A stretch of 64,000 nt of DNA, from the NCBI GenBank assembly GCA_964344175.1, contig CAYFMI010000010.1:243-64242 (forward strand), in the 5' to 3' direction. The notes below the pieces were generated by a model. That model saw only the letters and a program-made list of their open reading frames with translations, was not told the DNA's origin and made no database searches. The DNA comes from an uncultured Anaerolineales bacterium (GTDB lineage: Bacteria > Chloroflexota > Anaerolineae > Anaerolineales > UBA11858). The position numbers and the translations under genes were made by a program. This document shows, piece by piece, positions 1 through 9,801 of the stretch (the stretch's first letter is position 1; each line of letters starts with the position of its first letter).

Positions 1-1
1 C

Positions 2-475
2 TTAGCCTACCCTGGAACAATCTCACTGCGTATAGACACTTTGATGAATGTTGTCGAAGATCTCATTCGTTCAGTCTATGGTTATGGCTTTCGGCGGTTG
101 CTGCTGCTCAACGGGCATGGCGGGAATACACCGGTCAAGGCGCGCCTCTACGAAATTGCCAGCGAACTCTCAGATACACGCATAGCCTGGTACAACTGGT
201 GGGAATCACACAGTGTGGAAGCCATTGCCATGCAGCATGGTCTGAAGTCCTATCATGCCGGGTGGATTGAAGCCTTCAACTTCACTCGCGTTGCCGATCT
301 TCCTGATGGTGAGAAGATCCCCCCGCACATCCCGGGTTTATTAGGAGCCAAAGAAGCTCGTCAGGTCTATGGTGATGGCGTATTTGGCGGGCCATACAAA
401 GTGGATGGGGTGGTCATGCACGAGATTTTTGAGACTGCTTTGGGGGATGTGTTGCAGATGCTGAAATTCGAGTAA
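2..475 (+). CDS. creatininase (creatinine amidohydrolase) family protein, 5'-truncated by window edge
   Basis: The frame is open from base 2 into ORF 41..475. The motif RRLLLLNGHGGN is typical of the creatininase family. Confidence 0.6.
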   Translation, partial: LAYPGTISLRIDTLMNVVEDLIRSVYGYGFRRLLLLNGHGGNTPVKARLYEIASELSDTRIAWYNWWESHSVEAIAMQHGLKSYHAGWIEAFNFTRVADLPDGEKIPPHIPGLLGAKEARQVYGDGVFGGPYKVDGVVMHEIFETALGDVLQMLKFE

Positions 476-641
476 CCATCGAATGAATTCAAGGTCAGTT
501 TGCGAAATTAATCTATTAGGAGTTACACACTTGCGAGAGGAAAAGAAATTTTCAACGAACTGTGTACGTTTTGTCTATGTAGATTATTAACGGACAGCAG
601 TCGGTTTTGTGAGACAACAGCGATTTCATTCGACTTCTAAC

Positions 642-670
642 TTGTAACCTGCAACCCTCTCCGGTACAAT
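642..670 (+). promoter_or_regulatory. sigma70-like promoter candidate for ridA (TTGTAA-N17-TACAAT)
   Basis: TTGTAA at 642-647 and TACAAT at 665-670 are separated by 17 nt. The pair lies about 65 nt upstream of ATG 734. Confidence 0.4.
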
Positions 671-733
671 GGGGAAAATTGTGAGCCAGGTGACCATCAC
701 TTGCAAGGTGACGTCGCCTAAAAGAGGTGACCC

Positions 734-1120
734 ATGAAAAAAGAAATTATTACAGCGAAAGACGCCCCGAAAGCGATTGGCCCCTACTCGGCGGGCGTCC
801 GCGCCGGGCAATTTGTTTACACTGCCGGTCAATTGGGCATTGACCCACTCAGCGGGCAGTTTGTCTCGGACGAAATCGTTGAACAGACTCGACAGGCATT
901 GAAGAACCTTCAGGCTGTATTGGAGGCAGGTGGTGCTTCGTTGGCAAGTGTTGTCAAAACCACTGTTTTTCTGCGCGATATGAATGATTTTGGTGATATG
1001 AACGCCGTGTATGCCGAATTCTTCACCGAGAATTTCCCAGCCCGCTCGGCGGTGCAGGTGGCCCGTTTACCCAAAGATGCTGCTGTTGAAATTGAGGCGG
1101 TAGCGCTTGTTCAGTCTTAA
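734..1120 (+). CDS. ridA: RidA/YjgF/TdcF family reactive-intermediate deaminase
   Basis: The 128-aa product has the family N-terminus APKAIGPYSAGVRAGQFVYTAGQLGIDP and a C-terminal ARSAVQVARLP..EIEAVA motif. An AGAGGTG RBS precedes the ATG. Confidence 0.85.
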   Translation: MKKEIITAKDAPKAIGPYSAGVRAGQFVYTAGQLGIDPLSGQFVSDEIVEQTRQALKNLQAVLEAGGASLASVVKTTVFLRDMNDFGDMNAVYAEFFTENFPARSAVQVARLPKDAAVEIEAVALVQS

Positions 1121-1193
1121 ATTGCAGGTTAAAAGCTATTACCGCAACACGCGAACTTGCGGCCTGTAACCTAATCCTTGTAACCCACACGCC

Positions 1194-1877
1194 ATGTCTG
1201 CTGAACTCATCCTCCTGGTTGACGACGAACCTAATATCCTCCAGTTGGCGCGCATGTATTTGGAGCGCGAGAATTTTCGTGTAGAAGTTGCCGAAGACGG
1301 CCGCGCTGCCCTGGAGTCTATCGAGCGCCTGAAGCCGGCCTTGATGGTGCTTGACATCATGCTTCCGGAGATCGACGGCCTGGAAGTGTGCCGTCGATTG
1401 CGAGCGGAAGATAACCCCGTACTGATCTTGATGCTCACGGCGCGCGACGAGGATATTGACAAAATCATCGGCCTGGAAATGGGAGCAGATGATTACCTGA
1501 CCAAGCCCTTCAACCCCCGTGAGTTGGTGGCGCGCGCCAAGGCGCTGCTACGCCGTATGGCGCGCACTACCCCCACCGATGCCGCCCCGCTTCATTTTGG
1601 TGACATCACCATTGATCCCGGCAGCCGGGAGGTCACCATTGCCGGTGAAGCAGCACCATTGCGTTTGCAAGAGTTCGAATTGCTGCTGACATTAATTGAG
1701 CACAAAGGGCTTGTCTTAAGCCGGGAGAAGCTCTTGCAATTGGCCTGGGGCTACGATTTTGCCGGGCAAACCCGCACGGTCGATGTTCATGTTGGTCAAT
1801 TGCGAAAAAAATTGGCTGATAGCTCCGTGCGTATCGAAACCGTTACCGGGGTGGGGTATAAATTAGTTCATCGGTAA
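1194..1877 (+). CDS. OmpR/PhoB-family response regulator (receiver + winged helix)
   Basis: Receiver motifs LLVDDEP and LMVLDIMLPEIDG are present. The C-terminal region LTxxEFELL...GVGYKL matches a winged-helix DNA-binding domain. Confidence 0.85.
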   Translation: MSAELILLVDDEPNILQLARMYLERENFRVEVAEDGRAALESIERLKPALMVLDIMLPEIDGLEVCRRLRAEDNPVLILMLTARDEDIDKIIGLEMGADDYLTKPFNPRELVARAKALLRRMARTTPTDAAPLHFGDITIDPGSREVTIAGEAAPLRLQEFELLLTLIEHKGLVLSREKLLQLAWGYDFAGQTRTVDVHVGQLRKKLADSSVRIETVTGVGYKLVHR

Positions 1878-1944
1878 TCGGTTGATGATTTCAGATCGTT
1901 TTGCCGGGCAAATCTAACCAACCAACTGACGAAACGACTACGAT

Positions 1945-3387
1945 ATGTTCTCTTCCCTCCGCTCTCGTTTATTGCTTACCTATATTTTTATTATTGGGGT
2001 AGCCTTAGGCGTTGTCGCGATTGTGACACTGATCTACTTATCCCGTAACCCGGCCCAGGTTGCTCAAGCGCGCATCCACTTGCAGGCGGCTGTCGAAACA
2101 CTGGCGCGGCGGTCGCGAGAATTTGATGTAAGTTCTCAAGTGCATTTGGAAAACGCTTTACAACGCGCAGATGAAGCGATGGATGTGCGAATAATGATAT
2201 ACACCCCCGAGGGGGAGTTGCTGATAGATTCGCGATCTGCCGAACATGCCCCGTTTCCTGATGCTGCGCCCCGTCGGGCTATGAATGCAGCTCCTGCTGT
2301 TGTGGTTGTAGATGATGCTGCGGGGGACGAATGGCTTTATCTTGTGCAAGCTTTAGACACGGGCGGTTGGCTTGGTGTCGCTACCCCGCGCCCACAAGTG
2401 ACATTTTGGGCGGCAGTGCGGTCGCGTAGCGATGAAGTTGCCAACTTATTGCGTCAAGGGGGCATCGTGGCGCTGCTCCTGTCGTTGGTGTTGGCTTTCG
2501 GAATGTCTCGCTGGGTGGCTGCGCCCTTGCAGCGGATTTCTCAGGCGGCGCGCCGGTTTGCCGCTGGGAAGTATCAACCCATAGAGCCGCGCGGCCCGCG
2601 CGAGGTGCAAGCCCTGGCTGAGTCCTTCAATGAGATGGCTGCACAAGTGTTGACCACCCAACAATCCCAACGCGATTTTATTGCCAATGTTTCCCACGAA
2701 TTAAAAACACCCTTGACGTCTATTCAGGGTTTCGCGCAGGCAATGATGGATGGCACGGCCCAAACTCGGGATGAATATAAGTCTTCTTCACAGATCATCT
2801 ACAATGAGGCTGCCCGAATGCACCGTATGGTGTTAGATTTGCTCGATTTGGCGCGCCTGGATGCGGGAACACTCGAATTGGTGCGCGCCCCCCTCGATAT
2901 TCAGGCTCTGCTGCGTGGGATTATCACTAAACTCAAGCCTCAGGCCTCGCAAGCACAAGTCAAACTCCACCTTCAAGTTGACGAACTTCCTACCATTATC
3001 GGCGATGATGACCGTATGTCCCAGGTTTTTACGAATTTGATCGACAACGCGATCAAACACACTCCCACCGGAGGGCAGGTGCGCGTTGTCGCTCAACATC
3101 ATAATGGGTTTGTGCAGGTTTCGGTGATGGATACCGGGGAGGGCATTCCGCAACAGGAATTAGAGCGAATCTTCGAACGTTTTTATCAGGTGGATAAATC
3201 TCGGCCCGGGGGCAGGCGGCACGGCTCGGGGTTGGGCCTGGCTATTGCCCATGAGATTGTTTTTGCTCATGGTGGGAGACTCTCGGTGAAAAGTGTCCCA
3301 GGACAGGGAAGTGATTTTGTGGTACAACTACCCCTTGTGCGCGCAGATGATGAAACCTTAGCCACACCGCGCATCCATAATTTGTAG
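1945..3387 (+). CDS. sensor histidine kinase (2 TM, HAMP, HisKA, HATPase_c)
   Basis: The H-box is FIANVSHELKTPLTSI. The N/G boxes are NLIDNAIKHT, DTGEGIP and GSGLGLAI. It is paired with the upstream OmpR-type regulator. Confidence 0.85.
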   Translation: MFSSLRSRLLLTYIFIIGVALGVVAIVTLIYLSRNPAQVAQARIHLQAAVETLARRSREFDVSSQVHLENALQRADEAMDVRIMIYTPEGELLIDSRSAEHAPFPDAAPRRAMNAAPAVVVVDDAAGDEWLYLVQALDTGGWLGVATPRPQVTFWAAVRSRSDEVANLLRQGGIVALLLSLVLAFGMSRWVAAPLQRISQAARRFAAGKYQPIEPRGPREVQALAESFNEMAAQVLTTQQSQRDFIANVSHELKTPLTSIQGFAQAMMDGTAQTRDEYKSSSQIIYNEAARMHRMVLDLLDLARLDAGTLELVRAPLDIQALLRGIITKLKPQASQAQVKLHLQVDELPTIIGDDDRMSQVFTNLIDNAIKHTPTGGQVRVVAQHHNGFVQVSVMDTGEGIPQQELERIFERFYQVDKSRPGGRRHGSGLGLAIAHEIVFAHGGRLSVKSVPGQGSDFVVQLPLVRADDETLATPRIHNL

Positions 3388-3410
3388 AAATGAGTATTGA
3401 AAAATCGCCG

Positions 3411-3459
3411 CAAAATAGAGGGGTGTGGGGCACTTTGTACCCCACACCCCTCTATTTTG
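3411..3459 (+). terminator. hairpin with perfect 20-bp stem downstream of the kinase gene
   Basis: CAAAATAGAGGGGTGTGGGG, a 9-nt loop, then CCCCACACCCCTCTATTTTG. The inverted repeat was verified base by base and starts 24 nt after the stop at 3387. Confidence 0.6.
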
Positions 3460-3474
3460 CGCACTTGTCTCCTT

Positions 3475-4473
3475 ATGGTTGAACCCGACGTTTCAGTGAT
3501 TGTGCCTTGTTACAACGAGCAGCAAACGATCCACCTGTTATTGGAAGCTTTGCTGGCTCAGAGCTTCCCGCTTGCCAAAATGGAAGTCATCATCGCCGAT
3601 GGTATGTCTACCGACCGCACACGGCAACGGATTGCAGATTTTCAAGCCACGCATCCCACCTTACAAATCCGAGTTGTCGATAATCCAAAACGCACCATCC
3701 CCGCAGCCTTGAATTGTGCTATTCAAGCAGCTCAGGGTGAATATATCGTTCGCCTGGATGCGCACTCAATGCCCGCGCACGATTATGTCTCTCGCTGCGT
3801 GGGAGCGTTGCAGGCCGATTTTGGGAAGAATGTCGGTGGTGTATGGGAGATTCGGCCTGGGAACGAGACAAGAATAGCGCATGCCATAGCGGTAGCTGCA
3901 GCTCATCCCCTTGGCGTTGGTGACGCCCGTTACCGTGTGGGTGGTGAGGCTCAAGTTGTAGATACAGTTCCCTTTGGGGCCTTCCACCGTTCGCTGGTTG
4001 AGCAAATTGGCCTGTTTGATGAAACGCTTTTATCCAACGAAGATTATGAATTTAATGTGCGTGCCCGCCAGTCTGGAGCCGTCATTTGGTTGGATCCACA
4101 AATTCGTTCGGTCTATTTTGCCCGCGCAAATTTAGGTGAGCTATCCCAGCAATACTGGCGTTATGGATTCTGGAAATTACGCATGTTGCTGCGTTACCCC
4201 GAAACATTTCGTTGGCGGCAACTTTCGGGCGCTTTTGTACTCACCTGGCTGGGATTAGGTTTGTTGTCGGTCTGGTTTACATTTGCTCGTTGGTTATTGC
4301 TGGCGGAGGCTGTCGTTTATGGTGCGGCCTTGTTGTTTGCGGGTCTGCAATCGGTGGTGAAACAGGGCGATATTGCCATGTTGTGGGGCGTCCCCCTATC
4401 TATCGCCGTGATGCATTTTTCGTGGGGGACGGCATTTATATGGAGTTTTGTGGCATACTTGTTCAAACGATGA
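3475..4473 (+). CDS. family 2 glycosyltransferase with C-terminal TM segments
   Basis: VSVIVPCYNEQ at the N-terminus and a RLDAHS (DxD-like) motif. The start was moved to ATG 3475 because the track start at 3397 lies inside the upstream hairpin. Confidence 0.75.
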   Translation: MVEPDVSVIVPCYNEQQTIHLLLEALLAQSFPLAKMEVIIADGMSTDRTRQRIADFQATHPTLQIRVVDNPKRTIPAALNCAIQAAQGEYIVRLDAHSMPAHDYVSRCVGALQADFGKNVGGVWEIRPGNETRIAHAIAVAAAHPLGVGDARYRVGGEAQVVDTVPFGAFHRSLVEQIGLFDETLLSNEDYEFNVRARQSGAVIWLDPQIRSVYFARANLGELSQQYWRYGFWKLRMLLRYPETFRWRQLSGAFVLTWLGLGLLSVWFTFARWLLLAEAVVYGAALLFAGLQSVVKQGDIAMLWGVPLSIAVMHFSWGTAFIWSFVAYLFKR

Positions 4474-4480
4474 GTTCATT

Positions 4481-5899
4481 ATGATCAATCGACAAGCAAC
4501 ATCATTTCATAGAAGGTTGGGTTTGCGAGAACGGCGCACGCTGCTTTTGATCGGTGATTTAATCATCGGTCTTTTCGCGATGGTTTTGGCGTTAATCATC
4601 TGGGGGACGCGCGAAGAGTGGCTGGGTCTTTCTTTGCAATTTTTGCAAGAGCGGGTAGATCCCTGGTTTTATTTCCTTCCGTTGGTATGGTTGTTCCTAA
4701 TGGTGGAGTTGTATGATGTCCATCGGGCCGCCAACCGGCGGCAGGTGATTGGGGGCGTGCTCACTTCGACGGCAATTGGGTTGGGATTGTATTTGGTGGT
4801 CTATTTTGCCTCGGATAATCCGCTGCCCCGTCGAGGGGTGGCCGCCTTTCTGGGCGTAGTTTCTGTGTTGACGCTGATATGGCGCTTGGCGTATGTGCGG
4901 GTGTTTACTGCTCCTGAATTCATGCGCCGAGTCTTGTTGGTGGGAGCAGGCCGGGCGGGGGGGACGATCCTCGACATCATCAATAAAATGACTCCCAAGC
5001 CGTTTGAGTTGGTTGGCCTGATTGATGATAATCCCGATTTGGCGGGAAAGCAAATTGGCGGATACACCGTGCTTGCCGGAAGCGATCAACTGTTAGCGAT
5101 CATCGAACAAGAGGCCATTACCGATATTATCGTTGCCATTTCGGGGGCAATGCAAGGGCGCACGTTTCAGACCATACTAGATGCGCAAGAACGCGGTGTA
5201 GAGATTACTCGTATGCCGGTTGCCTACGAAGAATTGGCAGGGCGGGTGCCGATAAAAATTCTTGAAACCGATTGGATCTTGCGTTCCTTTGTCGATGAGT
5301 TCCGCATCAGTGGTTTCTACGAAGCCGCCAAACGCCTGGTGGATGTCGTAGGGGGGCTGGTGGGGTGTTTGGTATTCACAATATTTTTACCCTTTATTGC
5401 CGTGGGGATATTGATCGACGATGGCTGGCCGATCTTTTATTCACAGGAGCGTTTGGGGAAAGGCGCGCAGGAATATAACATTATCAAGTTCCGCACCATG
5501 CGTAAAGATGCCGAAGCGGACGGCCAAGCTGTCTTGGCCTCTGAAGACGATGACCGCGCCACTCGTACAGGGCGTTTGCTCCGGCGCACTCACCTGGACG
5601 AACTGCCCCAGTTTATCAATGTGGTACGCGGCGATATGAGTCTGGTTGGGCCGCGGGCCGAACGCCCCCAGTGGGTTGAGCATTTCACCCGCCGGATTCC
5701 GTTTTATCGAGCGCGGTTGTTGGTTAAGCCGGGGGTCACCGGGTGGGCGCAAGTTAATTTTGGCTATGCTTCGAATGTCGAAGATACCGCCATGAAACTC
5801 GAATATGATCTCTACTACATTAAGCATCGCAGTTTTCTCTTGGATGCGCAGATTTTAGTTCGCACCCCGGCGACGGTGTTTGGGTTGAAAGGGCAATAA
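4481..5899 (+). CDS. polyprenyl-phosphate glycosyl-1-phosphate transferase (bacterial sugar transferase, WbaP/EpsB-like)
   Basis: N-terminal TM helices are followed by a C-terminal sugar-transferase domain with FRTM, DELPQFINVVRGDMSLVGPR and PGVTGWAQV. ATG 4448 is an alternative start. Confidence 0.8.
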   Translation: MINRQATSFHRRLGLRERRTLLLIGDLIIGLFAMVLALIIWGTREEWLGLSLQFLQERVDPWFYFLPLVWLFLMVELYDVHRAANRRQVIGGVLTSTAIGLGLYLVVYFASDNPLPRRGVAAFLGVVSVLTLIWRLAYVRVFTAPEFMRRVLLVGAGRAGGTILDIINKMTPKPFELVGLIDDNPDLAGKQIGGYTVLAGSDQLLAIIEQEAITDIIVAISGAMQGRTFQTILDAQERGVEITRMPVAYEELAGRVPIKILETDWILRSFVDEFRISGFYEAAKRLVDVVGGLVGCLVFTIFLPFIAVGILIDDGWPIFYSQERLGKGAQEYNIIKFRTMRKDAEADGQAVLASEDDDRATRTGRLLRRTHLDELPQFINVVRGDMSLVGPRAERPQWVEHFTRRIPFYRARLLVKPGVTGWAQVNFGYASNVEDTAMKLEYDLYYIKHRSFLLDAQILVRTPATVFGLKGQ

Positions 5900-6829
5900 A
5901 TGAGAGTATCCCTGGTGACAGGTGGGGCCGGGTTCATCGGTTCCCACATTGTGAGGACATTGTTGGCACGCGGCGACCGCGTGAAAGTGCTGGATAATTT
6001 CTCGACCGGACAACGGGAGAATCTCTCTGGGGTGGAGAAGGAGATTGAACTCATCGAGGGGGATCTGCGCGAAGCGGCAGAGGTTGCCCAGGCCGTGCAG
6101 GGTGTGGATGCGATTTTCCATCACGCGGCCCTGGTGTCTGTGCCGCTTTCGGTTGAAGACCCACAAACATGCTTCGACATCAATGTCCAGGGGACATTGA
6201 ATCTCCTCGAAGCGGCGCGCCACGCCGGAGTGAGCCGCGTAACCCTGGCTTCTAGCGCGGCAGTTTACGGCGAATCACAAGATATCCCCCTCAAAGAATC
6301 AGGTGAGACGATGTCCTATTCCCCTTACGCAGCGTCAAAGCGGGTTAACGAGATTTATGCCGATCTCTATACACGCACGACCGATATGGGCGTCACGGCG
6401 TTACGCTATTTCAATGTTTATGGCCCGCGCCAATCTCCCGATTCGCACTACGCCGCGGCGATTCCCATTTTTGCGCGTCGTTTGTTGGATGGCAAGGCCC
6501 CCACAGTCTATGGGGATGGGTTGCAAAGCCGAGACTTTGTCTTTGTGGGCGATGTGGTGCGCGCCAACTTGCTGGCTGTCGAAGCGCCGGATGCTCCTGG
6601 GCGCATCTTCAATATTTGTTCGGGTAGTGAAATTGCCATTCTTGATTTAATCGCCACGTTGCGCGAAATCTTGCCCGGCGCTCCCGAAACACGATTTGCG
6701 TCGACACGTCTCGGCGATGTGTACCGTTCCCTGGGAGACCCCGCACAGGCCGCTCGATGTTTGGGGTTCAACGCCGAGACACGGCTTCTGGATGGATTGA
6801 AACGCACCGTAGATTGGATGCGCTCGTGA
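5900..6829 (+). CDS. NAD-dependent epimerase/dehydratase (extended SDR, UDP-sugar 4-epimerase-like)
   Basis: VTGGAGFIGSH Rossmann motif and a YAASK catalytic motif. Confidence 0.8.
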   Translation: MRVSLVTGGAGFIGSHIVRTLLARGDRVKVLDNFSTGQRENLSGVEKEIELIEGDLREAAEVAQAVQGVDAIFHHAALVSVPLSVEDPQTCFDINVQGTLNLLEAARHAGVSRVTLASSAAVYGESQDIPLKESGETMSYSPYAASKRVNEIYADLYTRTTDMGVTALRYFNVYGPRQSPDSHYAAAIPIFARRLLDGKAPTVYGDGLQSRDFVFVGDVVRANLLAVEAPDAPGRIFNICSGSEIAILDLIATLREILPGAPETRFASTRLGDVYRSLGDPAQAARCLGFNAETRLLDGLKRTVDWMRS

Positions 6830-8769
6830 CGCGAGAAAAACTACTCACCCGCTTGCGCATGATATTGGCGACGGCCCCCTTGAGAAATCGCGTCTTTTTG
6901 GTGGGGGATGTTATTTTAATTGTCGTATCGGTGCTGGGGAGTTTCGCGCTACGCTTCGAGTTGGGGTCGTTGTTTAGCTACTATATGCCGCAGGCGCTGC
7001 GCATGGCGGTTTTGGCGGTCATTATCAAGCCGATCATGTACCATATTTTTGGCCTCTATCGGCGTTTGTGGGCGTATGCCAGCACGCGTGAACTCACCCT
7101 GGTCATTTATGCGGTAACCTCGGCATCGGTGGCCCTTTCGGTAGCGGTGCTGGTCATGATCTATATTCAATCGAACTTCACCCGCTATATTGGCTTCCCG
7201 CGTGCTACACTGGTCATCGATTGGCTTCTGTCCATAATTGTTGTGGGGGGGTTGCGTTTTGCCTCCCGCCTGGTAGCCGACAGCCGCGGCGGCGCTTTTA
7301 ATGGCAAGCATGATGGTTCGGTAGTGCGGCGGGTGTTGGTAGTTGGCGCCGGAGATGCCGGAGCAATGGTTGTACGGGAGATCCAAAAGAACCCTCAGTT
7401 GAACCTCAACCCGATCTGTTTTTTGGATGATGATGAATCGAAACAAAAGAGCCAGATTCACAGCATCCCCGTTGTTGGCCCGCTTGATGATCTTTCCAGA
7501 GTCATCAAAGCCCGCAATATTCAGGAAGTAATCATTGCCATCCCCACAGCGCCGGGTGATGTTGTTCGCCACGTGACCGAAGTATGCCGTCAAGAGAAAG
7601 TATCCTTCCGCACGATGCCGGGCATCTACGAACTGATTGGCGGGCGCGTCAGCGTCAATCGTCTACGTGAAGTCAATATCGATGACTTATTACGCCGGGC
7701 TTCAGCGATGTCGGACGACCGCCGGATTGGTTCGGTGATCGCCGGGCGCCGTGTGTTGGTCACCGGGGCGGGTGGCTCCATTGGGATGGAACTTTGCCGC
7801 CAGATTGCTCGCTGGGGGCCTTCGGCATTGGCTATTCTGGGGCATGGTGAGAACAGTATTTTTCGGGCCTTTCTAGATTTAAAAGAAAATCACCCGGATC
7901 AGGTGTTGCACCCTGTCGTGGCGGATGTTCGCGACCGCGACCGTTTGAGCGCTGTCTTCGACGACCTGCGCCCGCAGGTCGTTTTCCACGCTGCCGCGCA
8001 CAAACATGTCCCGCTGATGGAAGCCAATGTCGAAGAAGCCATTACCAATAACGTCATGGGGACGCGCAACGTTGTCGAGGTTTCGGTAAACGCCGGTGTG
8101 GATCGACTGGTGATGATCTCATCGGACAAAGCCATTCGCCCGTCCAGCGTAATGGGAGCCACCAAACGATTGGCCGAACTCATTGTCTTAGATGCTGCGC
8201 ATGTCTCAGAATGCGCTTTCTCGGCGGTGCGATTTGGCAATGTCCTCGGTAGCCGCGGCAGTGTCGTGCCCCGTTTCCAGCGCCAGATTGCCGCGGGCGG
8301 CCCGGTCACGGTTACACACCCCGATATGGAGCGTTACTTCATGACCATCCCCGAAGCTGTCCATCTGGTATTGCAGGCTGGCGCAATCAGTCAGGGCGGC
8401 GAAGTCTTTGTCCTCAGAATGGGGGAACAAATCAAGATCGTCGATTTGGCCGAAGACCTCATCCGACTCTCGGGTTTAGAACCGGGCCAAGATATCGAAA
8501 TTGCCTATACAGGCGTGCGCCCCGGCGAGAAACTCAGCGAAGAGTTGTGGGATCAATGGGCGTCTTTCCTGCCGACCGAGCATTCTGAAATTGTGCTGCT
8601 CTCCGAAGAAGATATTCTCAGCGGTCAGGCGCTCAACAACGCCGTAGACGAGTTGATCCACCTGGCGCGTGAAGGCGCGGCCTCGGCCATTCTCAAGCGC
8701 CTCGATGTACTCATCCCCGGCGCTTCAGTGCGCGACACCCCACCCCCCGATCTGACCTCGCTGATTTAA
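6826..8769 (+). CDS. membrane-anchored polysaccharide biosynthesis protein, CapD/PglF/WbpM-like nucleotide-sugar 4,6-dehydratase
   Basis: N-terminal TM helices are followed by two Rossmann regions (VGAGDAG; VTGAGGSIG) and a SSDKA motif. GTG 6826 overlaps the upstream TGA (GTGA). ATG 6859 is an alternative start. Confidence 0.75.
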   Translation: MTREKLLTRLRMILATAPLRNRVFLVGDVILIVVSVLGSFALRFELGSLFSYYMPQALRMAVLAVIIKPIMYHIFGLYRRLWAYASTRELTLVIYAVTSASVALSVAVLVMIYIQSNFTRYIGFPRATLVIDWLLSIIVVGGLRFASRLVADSRGGAFNGKHDGSVVRRVLVVGAGDAGAMVVREIQKNPQLNLNPICFLDDDESKQKSQIHSIPVVGPLDDLSRVIKARNIQEVIIAIPTAPGDVVRHVTEVCRQEKVSFRTMPGIYELIGGRVSVNRLREVNIDDLLRRASAMSDDRRIGSVIAGRRVLVTGAGGSIGMELCRQIARWGPSALAILGHGENSIFRAFLDLKENHPDQVLHPVVADVRDRDRLSAVFDDLRPQVVFHAAAHKHVPLMEANVEEAITNNVMGTRNVVEVSVNAGVDRLVMISSDKAIRPSSVMGATKRLAELIVLDAAHVSECAFSAVRFGNVLGSRGSVVPRFQRQIAAGGPVTVTHPDMERYFMTIPEAVHLVLQAGAISQGGEVFVLRMGEQIKIVDLAEDLIRLSGLEPGQDIEIAYTGVRPGEKLSEELWDQWASFLPTEHSEIVLLSEEDILSGQALNNAVDELIHLAREGAASAILKRLDVLIPGASVRDTPPPDLTSLI

Positions 8770-8811
8770 ATGTCGCTATTTTATCGAATTGAGAATCCCC
8801 AATAAAAACCT

Positions 8812-9801
8812 ATGCCAGAATTAACTTCCCGCGAATGGGATCAATTTCTGCGTCAGTATCCTGACGCACATATTTTACAAACATCGGCCTGGGGGGCTTT
8901 GAAGAGCGATTTCGGTTGGGATGCCGTTCAGCTGGCTTCCGGCGCGGTGGGCGCGCAAATTCTCTTTCGACGTTTGCCATTGGGCTATAGTTTGGCCTAC
9001 CTTCCGAAAGGCCCTGTCGGTGAAACGTGGCCTGATCTATGGCCTGAAGTCGATGAGGTCTGCCGCCGCAGGAAGGCCGTCTTCTTGAAGCTGGAACCTG
9101 ATCTATGGGCCGGAGCCGCGGACTCGCTCTGGGGTGGCGCTCCGCCTGCGGGTTTCCGCCTCAGCCCTCACGAGATCCAGCCCCCGCGCACCATCGTGGT
9201 AGACCTGCAGCCCGATGAGGAACAGATCCTGGCGCGTATGAAACAAAAGACGCGTTACAACATCCGCCTGGCGCAGAAAAAGGGCGTCGTCATACGCCCA
9301 TCCGAAGACGTCGATGCCTTTTTCGAACTGATAAACATCACCGGCGCGCGCGCCGAATTTGACGTGCATTCCCTGGAATATTATCGTCGCGCCCATGCGC
9401 TCTTCCACCCTCGCTCCGAGTGTGAAATTCTTCAGGCGGAATTTGAGGGCGAACCTCTGGCGGCCCTGATGGTATTTGCTCGTGGAAAGCGGGCCTGGTA
9501 CTTGTACGGCGCATCCTCAGACCGGCATCGTAACCTGATGCCCACCTATTTATTACAATGGGAGGCCATGCGTTGGGCCAGCGCGCGCGGTTGTGACTCT
9601 TATGATTTTTGGGGAGTGCCTGACGTGGATCGGGAAGTTTTGGAAGCGAACTTTACCCGGCGCAATGATGGGCTGTGGGGGGTGTATCGTTTCAAACGCG
9701 GTTTCGGCGGAGATGTGCAACGCGCGGCTGGCCCGTGGGATCGGGTATACAACCCCCTTTTGTATCGTCTCTATTTGTTACGTTTCAAGCACCAAACATG
9801 A
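8812..9801 (+). CDS. FemAB-family peptidoglycan bridge-formation (aminoacyl-tRNA-dependent peptidyltransferase)-like protein
   Basis: The 329-aa product has family-typical ILQTSAWGALK, TRYNIRLAQKKG and LYGAS motifs. Confidence 0.65.
   Translation: MPELTSREWDQFLRQYPDAHILQTSAWGALKSDFGWDAVQLASGAVGAQILFRRLPLGYSLAYLPKGPVGETWPDLWPEVDEVCRRRKAVFLKLEPDLWAGAADSLWGGAPPAGFRLSPHEIQPPRTIVVDLQPDEEQILARMKQKTRYNIRLAQKKGVVIRPSEDVDAFFELINITGARAEFDVHSLEYYRRAHALFHPRSECEILQAEFEGEPLAALMVFARGKRAWYLYGASSDRHRNLMPTYLLQWEAMRWASARGCDSYDFWGVPDVDREVLEANFTRRNDGLWGVYRFKRGFGGDVQRAAGPWDRVYNPLLYRLYLLRFKHQT

Noticed and set aside
687-730. Three AGGTGAC direct repeats spaced 18 nt apart in the ridA leader.
   Set aside because: The last repeat coincides with the Shine-Dalgarno sequence. 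The others may be chance or a small leader hairpin. I recognised no riboswitch-like structure.
3397-3474. Upstream extension of the GT2 gene (track start 3397). Similar N-terminal extensions occur at 21791, 29005, 41370, 42587, 44832, 49164 and 52098.
   Set aside because: The extensions run through terminator hairpins or upstream genes and lack RBS sequences. The internal ATGs have better SD sequences and match family N-termini.
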